From the NCBI GenBank assembly GCA_002104905.1, contig MCFE01000158.1, forward strand, positions 62,001-126,000: a stretch of 64,000 nucleotides of DNA, given 5' to 3'. The DNA comes from Basidiobolus meristosporus CBS 931.73 (lineage: Eukaryota; Fungi; Basidiobolomycota). The notes below the pieces were generated by a model, which had not been told where the DNA came from, did no database searches, and was given only the letters and a program-made list of their open reading frames with translations. A program made the translations under genes and the position numbers. Below, in pieces: positions 26,101 through 37,369 of this stretch (its first letter is position 1; the number at the start of each line of letters is the position of its first letter).

Positions 26101-27124
26101 CTGTCAACATGGCCTGGACAGTTCTGGACCAGATATAGAAATTACCAGTACTTAGTCAAGCATTTGGCCTCACCAATGCCCCTGCAACAATCATGACCTT
26201 GATGCACACCATCTTCCAGGAGTGCTTAGACAGGTTTGTGGTAATCTATCTAGAAGACATATTGATATACGGCAAAATAAAAGAGGAGCACTTGGCTCAA
26301 ATCTAAAAGGTCTTCAAGAAGCTAAGAGAAAACAAGCTATACAGCAAGCTAGTAACATGTGAACTCTTGAAGAAACTTCTTGTCCTGTGGAAATCTTATA
26401 TGATAGATTAGCAAACTGTAAGGCAAAAATATAGGTATTCAACATGGAAATGCTGCATATTAATCATTGAAAACTTTGGCATGTCACCATAAGCTAATGA
26501 TGCTACTGAGAGGTTAAATGATTTATTTGGAAAATGACAACCAAATATTCAAATGGAGCTTTAGTAAATGGGAAAAGTGTATTTGCCATGCACTGTTTGC
26601 CTGCAGAGTTAGGCGGCACAACACTCCCCAACAATTGCCATTTTTCTTAGTGCTTGGATGTCAATCATGGATTCCAGGAGATCTCACACAGCCAAAACTC
26701 ACTGACAACTTGGAGGATGAGCTCAGTTGGCATACTAGAAACCAACAATTGAAACAAGTATATCTGGAGGCACAGACCAAAATTTTTAAAAGAGCAGAAA
26801 AGATGATGCAAAGACTGGATAAGACTATATCACTGGAGGCTATGATAACTGAAAATCTTGTATTGCTATGAAGCAGCACTTAGAAGGAGTCTGAAAGCAA
26901 TGGACAAGTCCATTCAAGATCATCAGATATTGTTGATTTGTAACTTACCAACCAGTAGACAAACAAGAGAACATCAGAGATGATCTAGTTCATTAAGATA
27001 AACTCAAGCTTAGAAGACTTGCTTGCAATACTGAGCCATCTAGATACTGGCTCCACAAGATAGGAGATTCAGGAGGACCCTCATGGCTTTTGTAGGGGAG
27101 AATGTGATGATCTTATTCTTGAAT

Positions 27125-30100
27125 AGACTTGTTCCATTGTACCGTGCCAGGGCACACGGTGCAATCTGCGGTTGTAAAGAACAATTGGGCACAATATTAT
27201 AGCTACCAGAAGGCAGGATTGTTCTTGGGCAATTTCGCACTGTGCGGGACAATCTTGCACACTATAGCACAATCTGACACAATGAGGTTGGCACGGATGA
27301 TTGCGCCAACTTGTAATGTTTGCATCACGTGCGCAACTGGATACCTCTATTATGGCAGGTAAAATCCAGTATTTAGATATGTTTCTTTAATGTAAATGGA
27401 AATAGTTGTGTATCACACTATAAACTACACTGATACTTACCATTTTGGTTACCCTCACTCCAATTGGACGGTATCTCAGTGGTTAATTGGTCCAAAAGTA
27501 TCCTGAAGCTGGCAGCCCCCAATTGGCTCATTGACTACTGAAAAAGCTACCTGATTCACCATCAAATATCCCATTTTGCCCATTGAGCAAGTAAATCCCT
27601 GATCCTAGTGATTGGACCAGGTATCATAGCTAGCACGCAAGCAATCAGACTTGTTCCATCATTCCAGCTGATCATAGTGCCCAATAGTGCCATAGCATGC
27701 CAGATGGTGCCATACTGTGCCAATTTGGGATCAAAATTGACATGCATATGACCCTAAAATATCAAATTAATAACAAAATATACAGCACTTTCTGGCACTA
27801 TGATCAATGGCACAATGGAACAAGTCTATTGTGTATGTGCAAAACAGATCCAATAGCTGCACTGGTATTACAGATGACATATATATATGCAGGGTGTTTA
27901 TTTATAGGGGTTCTGTCTCAAATGTGAGACAACCTTGATATTACTTATATCAAAAATTTGATGATCACTGATTTGCAATGGCTCAATTTGGATTGCAAAA
28001 AAAAAGGGTTGCCGGGATCATTACAAATGTGCGCAATTGAAAGCGATCGCATCAACTACTCCTGGGTTTTTTTCTAACAGGGAATACTACTGAAGCATTT
28101 GGTAGTGACTCACTTTGCACACCTATACCGCATCCTGGCTGACTATCATCCTGGCTACTTGTGTATTTGTAGTCAGTATTTTGCCTCCTAGTTGATGAGT
28201 GCAATGCTGCAGCTTGGCCGCGCTGAATTGCTCCAACTGAACCAACTGAACCGGCCTGTAGTGCCACATGCTGACGCGTTCTTTTACTTGCTAAGGGCTC
28301 CGGTGGTTGAGGCACTTCATGTTGTTCATCATCAGTCAGTTCACCAGAAGTAACTTGCTGATGGTCAGGCAAAACAGCATGTGCAGGCACACCTTGACAT
28401 GTTGAGATGGCCCTTGGCTGAGTTTGATGTGATGCTGCATGTTGACGCAACTCGGTCCGCTCCAATGGACTTGTGTCTAAATGAGCAGTTTGGCAAGTTC
28501 TTGTAGTTTTGCTCTGAAGCGTGTGCGTTGACTCAATGCAGGGCATTCTGGTAAAGGGTGTTGGTGTGGTCTGGACTGACATGTGCCGGCGCGCTGTGGT
28601 TGCAAGAGATGGTAGGGAATCCAGCAAGGCGTGCTGGCGCAATCTGGACAATGCTGCTTGCGGTCTGTATTCTTCCTCCTGAAGCTCACCATCTGATTCC
28701 TCAAGGTATTCACTTACCCTCTGTCTGATACTTTGGAGCTGTTGCCTGGATGAGTCCTGTGTATGTTGCTCTTGGAAGCCACTTAGCTCTACTAATATAT
28801 CACGTAGTACATTAGTCATTTGAGGCAAAAACTCATTCAAAATCTCTTTGGTTCCCAAAGTTGAGGCACAAACAGACGCGTCCGGCCCGTACTGTGCAAA
28901 TTGCGCGCAAAATTGTTCCCGCATGGCTTCTTTGTCAAATCCCCTCACTCTCAGCTCATTCTTATTTCAATACTTGTCTTGTTATATATCTTTTTACATA
29001 CATTGGCTGGCATCTTGATGTGGAACTCATGCCACAGCTTTCTACTCAAATTCTTCCATCTTTGTCAACTCTCTGAGGTATCTAGTTCTGCTAGATTAAT
29101 CAGTAGTGCCCAAATATCTGTATGAAGGCTCATCATAGACACTTGGGCCATACTAAAATCATTTGGCAAGAGCTCAAATGGATTGAACATCAACTTTTCC
29201 GGTCTGGACTGTGCTTGTGAGCTGGGGGATGGGTTTTGTCTGAGTTGTACTAAAGATGAGTTGAGGCTTGGTACAGGGACCATAGCAACGGATTTGGATA
29301 CTTATACAGCAGTATATTGGCATCAACCTGGTCTTATATGAAATATATATGAAAACTAATGTGATTGTTGAATTTTCCATATATTATGCATGATGCATCT
29401 TGGATTGCTTTGACCCAGATCAGATCACATCAATTGCAGATTTCCTATTTGATTATAGACCTATGATTAAAGCATCAATAACAGTACCAAGGCATTGTTT
29501 GCGGATGATTTTTGCAACACAATGATGGGATACATGGCAATTGATGGAGATTTAACCATAATGTATTAAAAATCAAATAAATAACGCAGATTGAGCCAAA
29601 TTGATTCAAACCACCTCCATACAATCATCCACCAATTTTAATATGACTTTCTCATCTGAATGGTCTTTTCTCATCAATCCCATCACTACCACTGGATTTC
29701 CTTTTGACACACTAGTGGAGATCTATTCCAAGTACTGTGGACCATCAACCCCAATCTACTCAAGGAGATTCCTTGTTAAGCTTCTCTGCTATTACAAGAA
29801 CTATTGCCCTACAAGGTTTCATCCCACCATCCATGGCAACAAAAGTCCTAGAAGCTTTCATTCCCAGCTGACAGCAATGGAGAACCACCTTGCAGAGGGT
29901 ATGAATGACTTAGAGCAAGCTTGGAATACTAGGTTCAGAAGCTCCAATAGACTTCCATATCCCAGAGTGTTCAGCAACAGGTTCCATATCTGGAGTATTT
30001 TGGATACCTTCCCAGTGAGGATTAACACACCTTCTAGAGGGCAGAGGCACTTTTATTCTGGCAAGTACAAGGCACACTGTGTGAAGTTTCTAGCACTGTC

Positions 30101-30708
30101 TGACATTGAGGGTAACATCATCTGGTTTAGTGGGCCATTTGCTGGAAGTAGGCTTGACAAAGCACTCTGGGTAGAGAATCATCCTGAATTCAGTAGAGGG
30201 GAGAAATGTATGGCAGACTTAGCCTATATAGGAGAGGATTGTCAGAGATTAGGATGTATTACAGCTTATAGGAAGCCAAGGAATGGTGTGCTTAGCAAGA
30301 AGCAGAAGCTCTACAATGAGATATTTAATCATTTCAGAGTAAGGGTAGAGCACACATTTGGATAAATGAAGAGATTCAGCATATTGGCAGGTAAATACAG
30401 AGGAAAGTCATATATAGGAGAAAACAGCACAATAGGTAAAATAGTCAAGATACTTATTAATGCACAGTATGTTCATACAAGAAGAGATCCACTGAGAGAA
30501 ATGTGTGGAGCATTATGAAGAGTAAATAAAGCAAGGAAAGCACTATTCTGAGCAACATAAGTAAGATTGAGTAAAATTACCAGTAACTGTATTACACCAC
30601 TGGCATCATGGTAGATATCATAGTGCCAGATAGTGCCGTAGAGTGCCAGATCAATCTGGCACCATAAACAGGCTGGCACTATGTGGCACTATCCAACGGC
30701 ACAAGTCT
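27125..30708 (+). mobile_element. PHIS/Pangu-like DNA transposon copy B (complete ends, carries nested MITE)
   Basis: TIR AGACTTGTTCCATTG ... CAACGGCACAAGTCT; AAT on both flanks; transposase with premature TAA at 30363-65; ORF2 on - strand 28052-29283. Confidence 0.95.
27647..27827. mobile_element. 181-bp MITE of the PHIS family nested in copy B
   Basis: Ends AGACTTGTTCCAT / ATGGAACAAGTCT; flanks ATC/ATT; empty site GCAAGCAATTGTGT in copy C (~33417). Confidence 0.95.
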
Positions 30709-32158
30709 AATATCTAAATTAGATAATTTTTAGTCAAATCAATTAGTTTTATGCTAGGTCTATCAGCATATCACATTATATATATTAAGTCAGTAGTATT
30801 AGTCAGCAAATGAATCAGCAGATTGCTATCGGACAGAAGTGGATACGTTGATTATGACTTAGTTGGGTGAACATGAAGCAATCAACTGAACTATTTCCAC
30901 AATCTTCATTAGTCAGCAATTGATCTGGCAAAATATAAATAAGAATCCGCCAGAACCTCAATAAAGATCAGTTCAAGTTTTAGTAGATACATCATTAGCT
31001 AAACTCTTTATTTCTCTACAACTTTTATTTAAGACTTGTATCATGTTAACTGTTGCATGGAACTTACATCACAAAATGCCACCATTCAAAGGTACTCAAG
31101 TTTTCAGGAGTCCACCACCATAGGAGGAAAACATTGTTGATACTCTGGACATATTCCAGCAATACCCCATCTAAGGAAGCTCATGCCATTAAAAAAATGT
31201 TGCAAAGCTATGTACTGCACTCAGTATCAATCAAGCACAAGCATTTACAATCTATTTGATTACAAAAATTTCATACAACTAAGAAGCAACATCTACCCTG
31301 AAGGTATGTATGAAATGCCTTGGCCCTGACACTTGATGGATTCCCATTAAAAAAGGAATCTGCCTGCAAATCCTGCTGGCCACTGATGCTTATCAACCAG
31401 AATTTGTTGCCTATATTACAATATCAGAGCATAAGTGTGATGATGGTCTCACTGGTATCTGGACCTAAACTACCATCCAACTTGAGCAGCTACCTCTATC
31501 CATTGCTGGGAGAGTTTTGTAGGCTTTGCAGCAAAATATTACTAAATGGCCATCATATCAGAGCATGTTTTTTATCTTCATTGGAGATACCCTAGCCATC
31601 AGCAAGATAGCTAGCTTCTCTGGGCACAATGGATGGTATGGCTGGCAAATTTGTAAGATCCCAGACATTTGATCTAAAACTAAAACAGATTACCAATATC
31701 CAAGCACCAACACTGAGAACATTTTCTTCTCTCAAGAAACCTTTCAGAAGTCAGTATGCAATTGCAGCAAAGTTTGCCTGCCATAAGCCATTAGCCAGAA
31801 CATGGAATTAATCAGAAATCATAGATATTTGGGATAGATTGAATATATTGGAGTAAAAGCTTTCCTCTGTGATCAATACCTTTGCTTACATCAATATCAC
31901 CATGCCAATGACCAAGTTGTGCATTGGGCATTTCAAGCTGATTGAGCCCTCTGAGATATCAGTGAAATTTAAAAAATTGGCAAAAAATGATAGAGTACTT
32001 GCTACCCAAACTACTTCTCACAGGTGCCAATATATATCTATATACAACTACAGCAATACAAATACCAGGACTGGATGAGTTGATCATGTCTTTATCAATG
32101 AAGTCTTCTTAAGCCATTTTAGCCATGAGTACATCAGAAGCATTGGCAGTCATATATT

Positions 32159-32369
32159 AGACTTGTACCATTGTGCCATTGATCATAGTGCCAGAATGTG
32201 CTGTATATTTTGTTATTAATTTGATATTTTAGGGTCATATGCATGCCAATTTTGATCCCAAATTGGCACTGTATGGCACCATCTGGTATTCTGTGGCATG
32301 ATCAGACACCATCTGGCATGTGATGGCACTGTTGGGCACTATAATCAGCTGGAATGATGGAACAAGTCT
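32159..32369. mobile_element. 211-bp MITE of the PHIS family (opposite orientation to 27647-27827)
   Basis: Same TIRs; ATT on both flanks; empty site visible in paralog near 45741-45760. Confidence 0.95.
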
Positions 32370-33647
32370 ATTGACATTGTAATAATATTCATCCAGAAGG
32401 GAATCATTATTGACAACTTGATGCATCTACAGCATTTGTGCAAGGAGCTTGTGCCAGGATTTGAGTGGCTATACCACAAGCATAAAGCTGAGCACATATA
32501 TCTCAGCTACTACTGTATCCATTCTCCACCATATCATAGTTGGTATGTGGATAATACTTGACCTTGCTTCACCTTTTAGGAATTTCCAATGGAGCAGATT
32601 TGTAGGGAGATAGGAAGAAAAGTCAAGTAGTAGGTACTACCATACCCCAATCTCATCAAGAATATTACCTTCAAGTTCATTATGGACTTGATAAATTTGC
32701 ACTTGACAGACAGCCAGGAAATGTTGGAAAATACTGAGGCAAATGTGCACACATAGGCACCTATGCATTTGCCATTAAAGTACTAGGCAACCACAATATA
32801 TTGTTATTCAACTAAGTACTGCACAGTTGGGTTGGGTGCAACAATCAACTAATTTGTATCAGGAAAACTTTACCAAAATTTGCCAGGTCTTTCATGAATA
32901 CAATAGACTTGTTCCATTGTACCGTGCCAGGGTGCGCGGCACAATCTGCGGTCGTAAAGAACAATCGGGCGCGATATTATAGCTACCAGAAGGCAGGATC
33001 GTTCTTGGATGATTTCGCACTATGCGGGACAATCTTGCACACTATGGCACAATCTGACACGATGAGGTTGGTGCGGATGATCACGCCAACTTGTAATGTT
33101 TGCATCATGTGCGCAATTGGATACTGCTATAATGGCAGGTAAAATCCGGTATTTGGATATGTTTCTTTAATGTAAATGGAAATAAATGTGTATCACACTA
33201 TAAACTACACTGATACTTACCATTTTGGTTACCCTCACTCCAATTGGACGGTATCTCAGTGGTTAATTGGTCCAAAAGTATCCTGAAGCTGGCAGCCCCC
33301 AATTGGCTCATTGACTACTGAAAAAGCTACCTGATTTGCCATCAAATATCCCATTTTGCCCATTGAGCAAGTAAATCCCTGATCCTAGTGATTGGACAAG
33401 GTGTCATAGCTAGCACGCAAGCAATTGTGTAGGTGCAAAACAGATCCAATAGCTGCACTGGTATTACAGATGACGTATATATATGCAGGGTGTTTATTTA
33501 TAGGGGTTCTGTCTCAAATGTGAGATGACCTTGATATTACTTATATCAAAAATTTGATGATCACTGATTTGCAATGGCTCAATTTGGATTGCAAAAAAAA
33601 AGTGTTGTTGGGATCATTACAAATGTGAGCAATTCAAAGCAATCGCA

Positions 33648-34895
33648 TCATCTTCTCCTGGGTTTTTTTCTCACAGGGATTACTACTGAAGCATTTGGTA
33701 ATGACTCACTTTGCACACCTATACTACTTCCTGGCTGACTATCATCTTGGCTACTTGTGTATTTGTAGTCAGTATTTTGCCTCCTAGTTGATGAGTGCGA
33801 TGCTGCAGCTTGGCCGCGCTGAATTGCTCCGACTGAACCAACTGAACCGGCCTGTAGTGCCATGCAATGACGCGTTCTTTTACTTGCCAAGGGCTCCGGT
33901 AGTTGAGGCACTTCATGTTGGTCATCATCAGTCAGTTCACCAGAAGTAACTTGCTGATGGTCAGGCAAAACGGCACACGCAGGCGTGCCTTGACGCGTTG
34001 AGATGGCCCTTGGCTGAGTTTGATGTGATGCCGCTTGTTGACGCCAATCGGTCCGCTCCAATGGACTTGTGTTTAAATGAGCAGTTTGGCAAGTTCTTGT
34101 AGTTTTGCTCTGAAGCACGCGCGTTGACTCAATGCGCGTTGACTTGACGCGGGGCGTTCTGGTAAAGGGTGTTTGTGTGGTCTGGACTGATGTGCGCCGG
34201 TATGCTGTGGTTGCAAGAGATGGTAGGGAATCCAGCGAGGCATGCTGGCGCAATCTGGACAATGCTGCTTGCGGTCTGTATTCTTCCTCCTGAAGCTCAC
34301 CATCTGATTCCTCAAGGTATTCACTTACCCTCTGTCTGATACTTTGGAGCTGTTGCCTGGATGAGTCCTGTGTATATTGCTCTTGGAAGCCACTTAGCTC
34401 TACTAATACATCATGTAGTACTTTAGTCATTTGAGGCAAAAACTCATTCAAAATCTCTTTGGTTCCCAAAGTTGAGGCACAAACGGACACGTCCGGCCCG
34501 TACTGTGCAAATTGCGCGCAAAATTGTTCCCGCACGGCTTCTTTGTCAAATCCCTTCACTCTCAGCTCATTCTTGATTTCAATACTTGTCTTGTAATATA
34601 TCTTTTTACATACATTGGCTGGCATCTTGATGTAGAACTCATGCCACAGCTTTCTACTCAAATTCTTCCATCTTTGTCAACTCTCTGAGGTATCTAGTTC
34701 TGCTAGATTAATCAGTAGTGCCCAAATATCTGTATGAAGGCTCATCATAGACACTTGGGCCATACTAGAATCATTTGGCAAGAACTTGAACAGATCCAAC
34801 ATAGACTTCTCCGGTCCGGACCGCGCTTGTGAGCTGGGGGAAGGGTTTTGTCTGGGTTGTACTAAAGATGAGTTGAAGCTTGGTATGGGGACCAT
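33648..34895 (-). pseudogene. ORF2 of PHIS element, 415 codons with a single in-frame TGA; putative DNA-binding partner protein
   Basis: ORFs 34677-34895 and 33648-34661 are in the same frame; copy A has CAA where copies B and C have TGA; C-terminus VRKKPRRR is NLS-like. Confidence 0.8.
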
Positions 34896-35254
34896 AGCAA
34901 TGGATTTGGATACTTATACAGCCGTATATTGGCATCAACCTGGTCTTATATGAATTAGATATGAAAACTAATGTGATTGTTGAATTTTCCATATATTATG
35001 CCTGATGCATCTTGGATTGCGTTGACACGGATCAGATCACATCAATCGCAGATTTCCTATTTGATTATAGACCTATGATTAAAGCATCAATAACAGTACC
35101 AAGGCATTGTTTGCGGATGATTTTTGCGACATAATGATGGGATACATGGCAATTGATGGAGATTTAACCATAATGTGTTAAAAATCAGATAAATAACGCA
35201 GATTGCGCCAAACCAATTCAAACCGCCTCCATACAATCATCCATCAATTTTAAT

Positions 35255-36139
35255 ATGACTTACTCATCTGAATGGTCTTTTCTCATCAATCCCATCACTA
35301 CCACTGGATTTCCTTTTGACACACTGGAGGAGATTTATACCAAGTACTGTGGACCATCAACCCCAATCTACTCAAGGAGATTCCTTGTTAAGCTTCTCTG
35401 CTATTACAAGAACTATTGCCCTACAAGGTTTCATCCCACCATCCATGGCAACAAAAGTCCTAGAAGCTTTCATTCCCAGCTGACAGCAATGGAGAACCAC
35501 CTTGCAGAGGGTATGAATGACTTAGAGCAAGCTTGGAATACTAGGTTCAGAAGCTCCAATAGACTTCCATATCCCAGAGTGTTCAGCAACAGGTTCCATA
35601 TCTGGAGTATTTTGGATACCTTCCCAGTGAGGATTAACACACCTTCTAGAGGGCAGAGGCACTTTTATTCTGGCAAGTACAAGGCACACTGTGTGAAGTT
35701 TCAAGCACTGTCTGACATTGAGGGTAACATCATCTGGTTTAGTGGGCCATTTGCTGGAAGTAGGCATGACAAAGCACTCTGGGTAGAGAATCATCCTGAA
35801 TTCAGTAGAGGGGAGAAATGTATGGCAGACTTAGCCTATATAGGAGAGGATTGTCAGAGATTAGGATGTATTACAGCTTATAGGAAGCCAAGGAATGGTG
35901 TGCTTAGCAGGAAGCAGAAGCTCTACAATGAGATATTTAATCATTTCAGAGTAAGGGTAGAGCACACATTTGGATATCTGAAGAGATTCAGCATATTGGC
36001 AGGTAAATACAGAGGAAAGTCATATATAGGTGAAAACAGCAGAATAGGTAAAATAGTTAAGATACTTATTTATGCACAGTTTGTTCATACAAGAAGACAT
36101 CCACTGAGAGAAATGTGTCTGGAGCATTATGAAGAGTAA
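35255..36139 (+). CDS. DDE transposase, DDE_Tnp_4 / IS5-Harbinger type, 294 aa, intact
   Basis: ILDTFP, YSGKYKAH, SGPFAGSRHD, MADLAYIG, RVRVEHTFGYLKRFSIL motifs. Confidence 0.93.
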   Translation: MTYSSEWSFLINPITTTGFPFDTLEEIYTKYCGPSTPIYSRRFLVKLLCYYKNYCPTRFHPTIHGNKSPRSFHSQLTAMENHLAEGMNDLEQAWNTRFRSSNRLPYPRVFSNRFHIWSILDTFPVRINTPSRGQRHFYSGKYKAHCVKFQALSDIEGNIIWFSGPFAGSRHDKALWVENHPEFSRGEKCMADLAYIGEDCQRLGCITAYRKPRNGVLSRKQKLYNEIFNHFRVRVEHTFGYLKRFSILAGKYRGKSYIGENSRIGKIVKILIYAQFVHTRRHPLREMCLEHYEE

Positions 36140-37369
36140 ATAAAGCAAGGAAAGCACTATTTTGAGCAACATAAGTAAGATTGAGTAAAATTACCAGTAA
36201 CTGTATCATACCACTGGCATCATGGTAGAAATTATAGTGCCAGATAGTGCCGTAGAGTGTCAGATTGATCCGGCACAATAAACAGGCTGGCACTATGTGG
36301 AACTATCCAACGGAACAAGTCTAATATATATATATATAGGAATTCACAAAAACAAGAGCCAAAGCACACCTATAATGGGAACAGAGTCCAGCAGATAGAA
36401 GGAATATGTTAGCTAAATACAAAAAATTCTTTACCAATATTCAGGAGGTATTCATGACAAGATTGGTGGTTACCAGGTGTATGTTTGCAAAATGTGATTG
36501 TTATCAGCAATACAAGATATATGGTAACTTTGAAAATATCAAACTAAAAAGCTATAAGGTTGAGGTTATAGATGTGTGTCAATTGTAGCAGTTGTTCATA
36601 TATACAGAGGTTAGTAAATAGGAGGCCATAGTTTTCAATGGTTTAGACAAAATGTGTAGTTCCCAAGATAATGGTGGGTAAGTTAATCATGAGGGGTGAT
36701 TTTACAGTGGAATATATGAATGGAGCAAGGGGACGTAGAGGGAGAAAGTATTGTTTTATTAAGTGGTACAGTAGCATTTTACAGAACTAGCTGTAGTCTG
36801 CCACACTGCTGTATATAGTGCCCACTTCTCCTCAGATAGAAGTAGAGCACATTAAGACTATCAGAATGCTGCACAATTGATTTCAAAAGACCACTTGAGC
36901 ACTGTCAAGCTTTCACCTTAGTTGGCAGTAAAAGCAGCAAAACAGCACCTCAATCCCAGCATAAGAATGTGTAAATGGCCAATAATGCCAAACTGCTGGC
37001 TTTATGATGAACTCATTGTTGGATCCTGACAGCTGTTCTAGACTAGATCAACCTGGGTGACCATTTTATTTTTCACAGGGAGTGAGGGCATTGTTTGAGT
37101 AAGAAAATAGTGAATAGGACAATGCAGCAATAGCAAATCAGCACACATGTATGGGAGGTGTTTGAGTGTTGGGATCAGAATGTAAGTGAATTAGCAGTGA
37201 ACAAATGAAAAACCGCTTAAGTATTGATGTGATGAAAAATTTGACCAGGCTTTTTGTAAAATATGGGGCCCAATGTTTTGTACACAGTCTTTGCATGGTA
37301 GCTTAATGGCATCACTATCTTAGCAATAGGATATAAAATCTGTGATGGCATATTGATGGGATTATCACA

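Larger units (their letters stand above)
26140..31043 (+). mobile_element. Deleted Gypsy A derivative (RT and IN fragments, PPT, 3' LTR split by PHIS copy B)
   Basis: RT fragment FGLTNAPAT ~26160; integrase fragments 26400-27070; PPT GTAGGGGAGAA 27092-27102; LTR 27103-27124 resumes at 30712-31043. Confidence 0.85.
32905..36322 (+). mobile_element. PHIS/Pangu-like DNA transposon copy C (3418 bp, least decayed)
   Basis: TIR AGACTTGTTCCATTG ... CAACGGAACAAGTCT; AAT on both flanks; flanks rejoin to the CACTA paralog at ~46261-46330. Confidence 0.97.

Noticed and set aside
27122-27131. TA duplication implying Tc1/mariner
   Set aside because: Empty-site comparison at 27647 shows a 3-bp duplication and the transposase is IS5/Harbinger type
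33648-34895. ORF2 as a Fanzor/TnpB RNA-guided nuclease
   Set aside because: No RuvC D-E-D motifs or zinc finger are visible; the C-terminal half is low complexity
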